From NCBI GenBank assembly GCA_002269645.1, contig NIVC01003084.1, forward strand, positions 1 through 64,000: a DNA stretch of 64,000 nt, given 5' to 3'. The position numbers were made by a program, and so were the translations under genes. Under the pieces are notes generated by a model. It did not search any database. It was not told the DNA's origin and saw only the letters and a list, made by a program, of their open reading frames with translations. How positions within the stretch are numbered: the first letter of the stretch is position 1; every line of letters starts with the position of its first letter. This document shows positions 46,501 to 55,956 of the stretch, piece after piece. Source of the DNA: Macrostomum lignano. Taxonomy: Eukaryota.

Positions 46501-48530
46501 GGAAGGCCGGCCAGTTACTATAGTTACTACATGTATATGCCTGGCATTACTGAATAGTCTAGGTCTGAAGGCTAATTTAACCCATCGGCTGTCTTTAAAG
46601 AGTTAAGTGTAGTGACACTGTAGTGTCAGTGTCACTGTAGTGTCACACGCTGTGATCTCTATCTTCTCTCTCTCTCTGCCCTGACGAAGAGTAAGTAACT
46701 GAAAATATCGACAACTGTAACTATATAGACTTTTATTAGTCTTTTTACCGTGTCAGAGTCTAAGATTGGAGGTGCCCTCATCTCCCCTCTCGCTCTAACT
46801 TGCTTGCCCTTTTCTGTCAATGCCTATGTCTATGGGCAAGACCAAATCTACTGCCAGCAAATGGGACGTCTCAACTTGGCTGACAAAAGCAATACTTGAA
46901 AACACATGGATTGCTAATCTGAGCATGCTATTGCCATACACAAAATACCTCAGCCAAGTCCTGAACCTGCTGCAGCAGCTCCGCTCTAAGCTGCTCAATA
47001 GTGTCGCACAATGCGCGCTCCTTCTGGCTGAATTCTTCTACTAAGACTTGCTTCTCTTGGCTGGCCGCTGTCAGTTGCTCGTCAAGCTGCTGAGCCACTG
47101 GATAAAAATCAATCAAGAAGCAATATAAATAAACAATAAACAACTGGACAATATAAATAAAAAAGTTTTAAAAAAGCAACAAATGACAGACTTAATAAAA
47201 GACTTACTCAGAGTTTTACTTTCATTAGAAGCCATCAATTGCTGTTCAAGCAAGAATATCTCCTCTGAGGCCTGGGGTAGGTTTTATTAGTTATAAAATT
47301 GAGTTCACAAATCACATTAATGTCAGTTGTCAGCAAGGCACTCACGTGACTGTTGTTGGCCGCAGCGGATCCCGCGCTGGCCAGCCGCTGGTTGAGCTCC
47401 GCGTTCTCCAATCGCAACTGTTGGACAGTCTTAACTAGTTCGGCCACGCTCTCTGCTTTGTTGGCCTGCTGCTGGTTCAGTGTGCGGTCGAACCTGCATT
47501 AGCGTCAGAAGCATTGATTCGTTGGTGAAATAGGTAAGCCTCTTCTGTGTGTAAATGTTGAAATCCACTGTTTTCAACTCCAACCCCCTGCGACACTAAC
47601 CTCACACCCCACTGTTATATTCCTACCCCCTGCGACACACCTCACGCCCCAGTGTTCTTTCCTATCCTTTGCGAGTCACCCACCTCACACCCCCTGTGTT
47701 ATATTCCTACCCCCTGCGAGGCACCCACCTCACGCCCCTTCCTACCCCCTGCGAGGCACCCACCTCACGCCCCAGTGTTATATTCCTACCCCCTGCGACA
47801 CACCTCACGCCCCAGTGTTCTTTCCTATCCTTTGCGAGTCATCCACCTCACGCCCCCTGTGTTATATTCCTACCCCCTGCGAGGCACCCACCTCACGCCC
47901 CCTTCCTACCCCCTGCGAGGCACCCACCTCACGCCCCAGTGTTATATTCCTACCCCCTGCGACACACCTCACGCCCCAGTGTTCTTTCCTATCCTTTGCG
48001 AGTCACCCACCTCACGCCCCCTCTGTTATACTCCTACCCCCTGCGAGGCACCCACCTCACGCCCCCAGTGTTATATTCCTACCCCCTGCGAGGCACCCAC
48101 CTCACGCCCCAGTGTTATATTCCTACACCCCTGCGAGGCACCGCCACGCCTTATTATTGAGTTCAACAGACATTTTTAGCCTTAGACAGAATGCAAAAGC
48201 TACAAAAGCTTCTACTAACATAACGTTAGCCTCGGCAGTGACCAACGCCGGCACAGAATTTCCAATTGCAGCAGTTGAAGGCGAAGCGGTAACGGCTGGC
48301 TGTTCCGGCTCGCCAGCCGAATGCGCGGCGGCAAAGTGATGCGTGAGAGCCTCGGCCGTGCCGAACTTAATTATACAGGTGGGACAGACAAATCCTTCAA
48401 CCTGCGACGACACGGTGCTGGGCCCCGAGGAGTTGCCGGAGGTTCTCTGCGCGCCAGCATCGTTGCCGGCGGAACTGCCACTTCCGGCCTGCGATTTAGG
48501 CTTGGCCTTTTTTAACAGGTTGGACAGCAT
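34534..48530 (-). CDS. EEA1: Early endosome antigen 1-like tether: N-terminal C2H2 finger, long coiled coil, C-terminal FYVE; 31 exons, ~1840 aa
   Basis: Exons: 48530-48220, 47493-47346, 47271-47220, 47097-46949, 46484-46288, 45397-45347, 45262-45185, 45096-45046, 44426-44352, 44266-44216, 44123-44046, 43960-43910, 43526-43449, 43356-43306, 43202-43125, 43046-42996, 42044-41967, 41877-41827, 41752-41675, 41580-41428, 40529-40332, 39744-39120, 39015-38908, 38684-38496, 38273-37896, 37814-37731, 37472-36177, 35905-35732, 35651-35519, 35238-34965, 34692-34534. Phases are consistent except for a 1-nt deficit in exon 30. Motifs [14 protein letters not shown] and [24 protein letters not shown]. Confidence 0.88.
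35925..36125. repeat. 42-bp intronic repeat (CACTGACCAATCAGAGAGAAGCTAAAGGGAAGCCTCATTAAT), ~4.5 copies
   Basis: 42-bp periodicity. Confidence 0.92.
36295..37300 (-). repeat. Two coding 63-bp (21-aa) tandem repeat blocks in EEA1 exon 27
   Basis: [21 protein letters not shown] x~7 (~36857-37300) and [21 protein letters not shown] x~6 (~36295-36680). Confidence 0.95.
38295..38480. repeat. 23/19-bp intronic repeat (GAGTCTCACTATATGAGATCCTT), ~8 copies
   Basis: Direct tandem. Confidence 0.93.
39885..40135. repeat. 22-23-bp intronic repeat (TAAGACAATGGGATTTGGGGATC), ~11 copies
   Basis: Direct tandem. Confidence 0.93.
40550..41360. repeat. ~29-bp intronic repeat (CAGAATCCCATCTGGGGGATTATAGGGTT), ~28 copies
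   Basis: Direct tandem; each unit has an AATCCC/GGGATT inverted pair. Confidence 0.95.
42165..42900. repeat. Purine-rich (GA) composite intronic repeat
   Basis: GAGAGGTAGAGGGAGGGTGAGAGGTAGATGGAGAGGGAGGAG units. Confidence 0.93.
43565..43885. repeat. 25/27-bp intronic repeat (ACTAGTGTCTTCAAGTGGCGCTAAA), ~12 copies
   Basis: Direct tandem. Confidence 0.94.
44505..44990. repeat. ~31-bp intronic repeat (GAGATTAGATCACAGGTAGGAGATACCTGGA) with 92-bp trimer structure
   Basis: The variant GGAATACAT recurs at 44621, 44713, 44805 and 44897. Confidence 0.94.
45438..46230. repeat. Composite ~40-bp intronic repeat (GACAGTGAGTGTGGGTGTGAAAGACTGCCAGTGAAAGAGT)
   Basis: Direct tandem with internal deletions. 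Confidence 0.94.
47590..48145. repeat. C-rich ~40-bp composite repeat in EEA1 intron 1 with ~164-bp higher-order unit
   Basis: CACCTCACGCCCC units; AGTGTTCTTTCC recurs at 47651, 47814 and 47978. Confidence 0.92.
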
Positions 48531-48704
48531 CTCCGGCGGCAATGGTGCGAGTTCGGGTGGGGAATTGGGCGAGCCAGAGTTCGAGTGCGAGTGGCATCAA
48601 TTGAATAAATGGAGAAAACAAAAGTTTTGCTTATTCAAATAGCTATTTACTGAAAAGCCTATTTGTTACGGTTGAAGGGATTGATGCAAGGCTTATCACA
48701 CCTG

Positions 48705-49725
48705 GGTGCTAGATGGGACAGGAGTGCTAGATGAGGAAGCTTAATAGGGGTGCTATATGAGGGAGGACAGGGGTGCTAGATGAGGACAGGGGGTGCTAGT
48801 TGGGGATAGGGGTGCTAGTTGGGGACAGGGGTGCTAGATGGGGACAGGGGGTGCTAGATGGGAACAGGGGGTGCTAGTTGGGGACAGGGGGTGCTAGTTG
48901 GGGACAGGGGGTGCTAGATGGGAACAGGGGGTGCTAGATGGGAACAGGGTGCTAGATGGGGACAGGGTGCTAGATGGGGACAGGGTGCTAGATGGGGACA
49001 GGGTGCTAGATGAGGACAGAGGTGCTAGATGGGGACAGGGTGCTAGATGGGGATAGGGTGCTAGATGAGGACAGGGTGCTAGATGGGGACAGGGTGCTAG
49101 ATGAGGACAGAGGTGCTAGATGGGGACAGGGTGCTAGATGGGGACAGGGTGCTAGATGGGGACAGGGTGCTAGATGGGGACAGGGTGCTAGATGGGGACA
49201 GGGGTGCTAGATGGGGACAGGGGTGCTAGATGGGGACAGGGTGCTAGATGAGGACAGGGTGCTAGATGGGGACAGAGGTGCTAGATGGGGACAGGGTGCT
49301 AGATGGGGACAGGGTGCTAGATGGGGACAGGGGTGCTAGATGGGGACAGGGGTGCTAGATGGGGACAGGGTGCTAGATGGGGGCAGGGTGCTAGATGGGG
49401 ACAGGGTGCTAGATGGGGACAGGGGTGCTAGATGGGGACAGGGGTGCTAGATGGGGACAGGGTGCTAGATGGGGACAGGGTGCTAGATGGGGACAGGGTG
49501 CTAGATGGGGACAGGGGTGCTAGATGGGGACAGGGATGCTAGATGGGGACAGGGGTGCTAGATGAGGACAGGGTGCTAGATGGGGACAGGGTGCTAGATG
49601 GGGACAGGGTGCTAGATGGGGACAGGGTGCTAGATAAGGACAGGGTGCTAGATGGGGACAGTGTGCTAGATGGGGACAGGGTGCTAGATGGGGACAGGGT
49701 GCTAGATGGGGACAGGGGTGCTAGA
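48705..49725. repeat. 18/19-bp G-rich minisatellite (GGTGCTAGATGGGGACAG), ~55 copies
   Basis: Direct tandem just upstream of the EEA1 start. Confidence 0.97.
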
Positions 49726-50585
49726 GTGCTAGATAAAATTTGAGTTTCCAAGTTCAGCGAAGGTCAGTGAGAAGTTCAGCCTGGTTAGTTTTATGGCTAA
49801 AGCCCACACCATAGCATTCTGAATAGCAAAATGCACAAATAAGCATTGGCAAGAAAGTACATTTAGGCTACAATATAGTTCCGGATAACTCGGATTTATT
49901 TGCAAGACCTTGCTGCACATTTTATTACAACAATGAAACGCTACGGTTCTGATAAGAACAAGGACTGTCCATCGATAAGGATTAGAGGTTCTGCGCTAGA
50001 ATTACAATTCCATAAAGTTTAACAGCCTAAGTACAAGACAGCTGATAGCGTAATCAATTAGCAATTCTTACTCCACTACAGAGCACGAAAAGGAACTACT
50101 CAAATAGCAGAGCAAACAATAATTCCAATTCCCACTCGCAGTCCATTTTTGACAGCAATATTGCTTTTGAGCATAGAAAAGTTTACATTAAACAGATTTC
50201 TATTTGCAACAAAATTTTATAACCAAAAACTTTCCAACGTTTTCCAACAACCCAAAGTGTCCTGACCTATTTTAAGTGGTTGCTTGATTTAATCATTTGT
50301 ATGAAAGCAGATATTTGCACTCATATTGCTCAAACATACAGCGAAATTAACAGAAAAAATAAAATGAGAGACAGACAGGCGGAATGAGCTGGAAGTTCTG
50401 CGCGTTCCACTGCTCACCTGGGAGACCTTTTTATTCAACAAAAACGCTAGCGATATGTTTTGCAGTGATAACAGCGGGACTCGCATTGCAACAATAGCCT
50501 ATTCAACTAATAACTTTATAAAGCATACAACGCGTAAAGTTACAGGCCAACGCCAAGTTTCTAAATCTGGCATTTCAAGTTTTCA

Positions 50586-51855
50586 ACTGATCAGGACAGG
50601 GATTGGAGATGCTGATCAGGACAGGGATTGGAGATGCTGATCAGGACAGGGATTGGAGATGCTGATCAGGACAGGGATTGGAGATGCTGATCAGGACAGG
50701 GATTGGAGATGCTGATCAGGACAGGGATTGGAGATGCTGATCAGGACAGGGATTGGAGATGCTGATCAGGACAGGGATTGGAGATGCTGATCAGGACAGG
50801 GATTGGAGATGCTGATCAGGACAGGGATTGGAGATGCTGATCAGGACAGGGATTGGAGATGCTGATCAGGACAGGGATTGGAGATGCTGATCAGGACAGG
50901 GATTGGAGATGCTGATCAGGACAGGGATCAGAGATGCTGATCAGGACAGGGATTGGAGATGCTGATCAGGACAGGGATTGGAGATGCTGATCAGGACAGG
51001 GATCAGATATGCTGATCAGGACAGGGATTGGAGATGCTGATCAGGACAGGGATTGGAGATGCTGATCAGGACAGGGATAGGAGATGCTGATCAGGACAGG
51101 GATTGGAGATGCTGATCAGGACAGGGATTGGAGATGCTGATCAGGACAGGGATTGGAGATGCTGATCAGGACAGGGATTGGAGATGCTGATCAGGACAGG
51201 GATTGGAGATGCTAATCAGGACAGGGATTGGAGATGCTGATCAGGACAGGGATTGGAGATGCTGATCAGGACAGGGATTGGAGATGCTAATCAGGACAGG
51301 GATTGGAGATGCTGATCAGGACAGGGATCAGAGATGCTGATCAGGACAGGGATTGGAGATGCTGATCAGGACAGGGATTGGAGATGCTGATCAGGACAGG
51401 GATTGGAGATGCTGATCAGGACAGGGATTGGAGATGCTGATCAGGACAGGGATCAGAGATGCTGATCAGGACAGGGATTGGAGATGCTGATCAGGACAGG
51501 GATTGGAGATGCTGATCAGGACAGGGATAGGAGATGCTGATCAGGACAGGGATTGGAGATGCTGATCAGGACAGGGATTGGAGATGCTGATCAGGACAGG
51601 GATTGGAGATGCTGATCAGGACAGGGATCAGAGATGCTGATCAGGACAGGGATTGGAGATGCTGATCAGGACAGGGATTGGAGATGCTGATCAGGACAGG
51701 GATTGGAGATGCTGATCAGGACAGGGATTGGAGATGCTGATCAGGACAGGGATTGGAGATGCTGATCAGGACAGGGATTGGAGATGCTGATCAGGACAGG
51801 GATTGGAGATGCTGATCAGGACAGGGATTGGAGATGCTGATCAGAACAGGGATTG
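50586..51855. repeat. 25-bp minisatellite (GCTGATCAGGACAGGGATTGGAGAT), ~50 copies
   Basis: Near-perfect tandem. Confidence 0.97.
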
Positions 51856-52604
51856 GGGCTGCATACGGACCAAAGGGTTGACAGCGCATTAAATAATTAA
51901 GTCAGCACAGCAGCAAGCAAACATAAAGCGCAAAAGCAATATTTAGCAAAACATCATGGAATAACACAGTTAAGATTGGTGTGTGCAAACATACTCATTT
52001 GTAACTAATAGAGTACGGATTGATGATGAGTTCCAGTTGACTGCGCACGCGCACAGTCGGACAACAAAATCTAACAATACTACTAGTAGTAGTACAATAG
52101 AAAAAGCGATTTCAGAAAGCCACAATTTCCTAGGCTTCCAGCAAACAAGTGAGCCCTAGATAACAAAGGACAAAATGAAGAATGTTTAGATTGTTACATT
52201 ATCAAGGGCAGCAATTGGTGTAGATCAATATGCATAAACATATTATCATTATTAAATATTTATTTATTTCTGAGTAAAATAATACAATAAATAAAAATAA
52301 AATACGTAGATACACAAAACTAAAAAAACAACGCACAAGAACTAAACGAACAAATAAAAGAATGCATTAACTGCACACTGGGCAATCCAGGGCTCACGCA
52401 CTATAGATATAGAATACGGGTTTATATTTTTCCAAATACGATATACGCTCTATATTTATGTACTCGTAGGGGAGCGAAAAAAACAGTGACCGTTAAATTA
52501 ACAAAGCTGGTGTGATCTTGATATTGGGCTGCATTGATTTTTTTCTGTCTCACTGAAGGACACGCTGAAGAGAGAGAAAGACAGAATTCCAGTTGGGAAG
52601 TGAG

Positions 52605-52970
52605 GACGGGATAGAATCCCACTGAGGAACTGGATTGGGATATAATCCCACTGAGGAACTGGATTGGGATATAATCCCACTGAGGAACTAGAAGGGGGTA
52701 GAATCCCACTGAGGAACTGGATTGGGATATAATCCCACTGAGGAACTGGATTGTGATATAATCCCACTGAGGAACTAGAAGGGGGTATAATCCCACTGAG
52801 GAACTAGAAGGGGTAGAATCCCACTGAGGAACTAGAAGGGGATATAATCCCACTGAGGAACTAGAAGGGGATATAATCCCACTGAGGAACTAGGAGCGAT
52901 GGAATCTTACGGAGGGACTAAAAGAGGATAGAATCCCACTGAGGAACTGGAAAGGGGATAGAATCCCATT
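52605..52970. repeat. 29-30-bp repeat (AATCCCACTGAGGAACT + variable), ~12 copies
   Basis: Direct tandem. Confidence 0.92.
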
Positions 52971-53122
52971 AAAGGTATCTGTGGAAGTGTCAGAAAAAAT
53001 ACACATAAGGAGACTTAAGGACATTTTTACATTTAAAAACGACATGTAACAATTTAAAAAAACGCACAGTTAAAAATCGATGCAAAGTTTAAAAAATATA
53101 CAGCTAATGAGCTTAGGGAACA

Positions 53123-54481
53123 TCAAAGGTCATTGTTTATTTCAACATCGCCGCCGCCCTCGCTTCGATGAATCTTGGCGTGCTTGGCAAGACCTGAACA
53201 GTCGTAGAAGGCTTTGCCGCAGTCGCTGCACTCGAAAGGCCGTTCGCCAGTGTGCAGGCGCATATGCATGCGCAGGTAGTCTTTGCGAACGAATCGTTTA
53301 GCGCATACTAAGCAGACGTGTGGCTTCTTGCCCGTATGGTTGCGCATGTGACGCGCCAGGGCCGAGTTGTAGGAGAATCGCTGGCCGCAGCGGTTGCAGG
53401 AGAATGGCTTGACGCCGACGCCGCTGCTGGTGCCGATGCTCAAGCCGCTGACAGAGTTGGCTGCCAAGGACTGAGCGAGTCGCCGCTGGCGCTGCAGCGG
53501 ATCCAACGGACGAGAAAGTGGCGGAGGTGGAGGCCGCGGCGGTGGCGACGGCGGCGGAGGAGGTGACGGTGGCGACAGAGGCGGCAACAGAAGCTGCTGC
53601 GGAGGCGGAGGCGGTGACGGGGGAAGCTCGGGAGGCGGATGGGCGACAGCGGCGTGCCTGGCCAGGGAGGCCTCGTCGCGGAATCGCTTGCCACAATTTG
53701 GACAGGGCAGAAATCTTGGCGGCGGCAATGCCGAAGCGAGCGCATGCTGGCGCTGATGCTGCTGCTGCTGCCCCAGGCTGCCTCCAGCGGCTGCCGAGGA
53801 GTGCTTCTTCTGGTGCGCTTTCAGGTGTTCGCGGCGAGGAAAGCGCCGATCGCACAGGCTGCAGGCGTAAGGCATTTCGCCCGTGTGACTGCGCCGATGC
53901 CGGACCAGGCTGGACCTGGCCGTGAAGGTTTTGCCGCACTCGTTGCAGGTCAGGTGCTGCTGGCGCCGGCGCCCGAGGATGACAGCGCGCGGAGACTGCG
54001 GCATTTGCAACGGAGGCGGCGGCGGCGGAGGCGGTGATGGCGGTGGCATTGGCTGATGCTGCCGCGACAGTGACGGCGGCCGCTGGCCCTCTAGAAGCGG
54101 AGGCGGAGAAAGCGAAGGCTGCGGAGGCGGCGGCGGTGAAGCCGGACAATGCAGAGTCGACTGTTGCTGCTGCTGCTGCTGCTGTTGTTTTCGTTGTTGT
54201 TGTTGCTGTTGCTGCTGCAAGAGGCTGTCGTCTCCGTTGACGGCGAGCAGCTGGACCTCCAGCTCGGCCGCGGAGTCGGCGCACATCTCTAGGAAGCCCA
54301 GTCTGAGGCAGGGATCGTCGTCAAAGTCGCTGTTAGCCCAGGTGTTCCAGCACCCGATGCCCCAGGCAACGGAGACGTCGCCGTTGCCATCGCTGTCGCC
54401 GTCGCTATTAGCTGAATTGCCGTTGCCATGGTGACCGTTGACGGCCGGCAGTGGCGGCAACGATGGTTCGGTCTGGAACAT
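53123..54481 (-). CDS. C2H2 zinc-finger transcription factor (6 fingers, Pro/Gln-rich), 452 aa
   Basis: CNECGKTF..H..H TGEMPY CSLC..; CPNC..; CNRC.. TGKKPH CLVC.. TGERPF CSDC..; Kruppel-type linkers. Confidence 0.9.
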   Translation of the reverse strand: MFQTEPSLPPLPAVNGHHGNGNSANSDGDSDGNGDVSVAWGIGCWNTWANSDFDDDPCLRLGFLEMCADSAAELEVQLLAVNGDDSLLQQQQQQQQRKQQQQQQQQQSTLHCPASPPPPPQPSLSPPPLLEGQRPPSLSRQHQPMPPPSPPPPPPPPLQMPQSPRAVILGRRRQQHLTCNECGKTFTARSSLVRHRRSHTGEMPYACSLCDRRFPRREHLKAHQKKHSSAAAGGSLGQQQQHQRQHALASALPPPRFLPCPNCGKRFRDEASLARHAAVAHPPPELPPSPPPPPQQLLLPPLSPPSPPPPPSPPPRPPPPPLSRPLDPLQRQRRLAQSLAANSVSGLSIGTSSGVGVKPFSCNRCGQRFSYNSALARHMRNHTGKKPHVCLVCAKRFVRKDYLRMHMRLHTGERPFECSDCGKAFYDCSGLAKHAKIHRSEGGGDVEINNDL

Positions 54482-54579
54482 GTGGGTTGATATTTGTAAA
54501 AATAGAACACCATCTACGTATCTTTATACGGCAGGGAAAATTATTTAAAATTAGTTTGTAAAAATGGATTCTATAGGAA

Positions 54580-55705
54580 TTCACAGACATACCAGACACT
54601 GCAGGCACACCGTAAGACAGACATACCAGACACTGCAGGCACACCGTAAGACAGACGTAACAGACACTGCAGGCACACCGTAAGACAGACATACCAGACA
54701 CTGCAGGCACACCGTAAGACAGACGTAACAGACACTGCAGGCACACCGTAAGACAGACATACCAGACACTGCAGGCACACCGTAAGACAGACATAACAGA
54801 CACTGCAGGCACACCGTAAGACAGACATACCAGACACTGCAGGCACACCGTAAGACAGACATACCAGACACTGCAGGCACACCGTAAGACAGACATAACA
54901 GACACTGCAGGCACACCGTAAGACAGACATACCAGACACTGCAGGCACACCGTAAGACAGACATAACAGACACTGCAGGCACACCGTAAGACAGACATAT
55001 CAGACACTGCAGGCACACCGTAAGACAGACATACCAGACACCGCAGGCACACCGTAAAGACAGACATACCAGACACTGCAGGCACACCGTAAGACAGACA
55101 TACAAGACACTGCAGGCACACCGTAAGACAGACATATCAGACACTGCAGGCACACCGTAAGACAGACATACCAGACACCGCAGGCACACCGTAAAGACAG
55201 ACATACCAGACACCGCAGGCATACCGTAAAGACAGACATACCAGACACTGCAGGCACACCGTAAGACAGACATATCAGACACTGTAGGCACACCGTAAGA
55301 CAGACATATCAGACACTGCAGGCACACCGTAAGACAGACATACCAGACACTGCAGGCACACCGTAAGACAGACATACCAGACACTGCAGGCACACCGTAA
55401 GACAGACATATCAGACACTGCAGGCACACCGTAAGACAGACATACCAGACACCGCAGGCACACCGTAAAGACAGACATACCAGACACTGCAGGCACACCG
55501 TAAGACAGATATATCAGACACTGCAGGCACACCGTAAGACAGACATACCAGACACTGCAGGCACACCGTAAGACAGATATATCAGACACTGCAGGCACAC
55601 CGTAAGACAGACATATCAGACACTGCAGGCACACCGTAAGACAGATATATCAGACACTGCAGGCACACCGTAAGACAGACATACCAGACACTGCAGGCAC
55701 ACTGT
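54580..55705. repeat. 34-bp minisatellite (CAGACACTGCAGGCACACCGTAAGACAGACATAC), ~33 copies
   Basis: 34-bp periodicity. Confidence 0.97.
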
Positions 55706-55956
55706 AAAGACAGAAAGCACCATAAAGCATACAACAGTAAAACACACAGATACAGACGCAAGGCAGACAAAACAGAGAGTGGGTTTTATTAAAGACTAAC
55801 TGTAATAATCGCAGTAAAAAAATAAGCTGAAACACAGCACTTCCCAAGAGATTGTAAATCTGCATTTGATTAATTAAAGTAAACCTCAAGCTCGTGGACA
55901 GTGCACGATACAAGCTTGAACACAATGAAATGCCAGGATAAGAACGCTATAAAAAG

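Noticed and set aside
54408-55925. Cys-rich ORFs (CLQCLVCL...)
   Set aside because: Translation of the 34-bp array, not a metallothionein-like gene.
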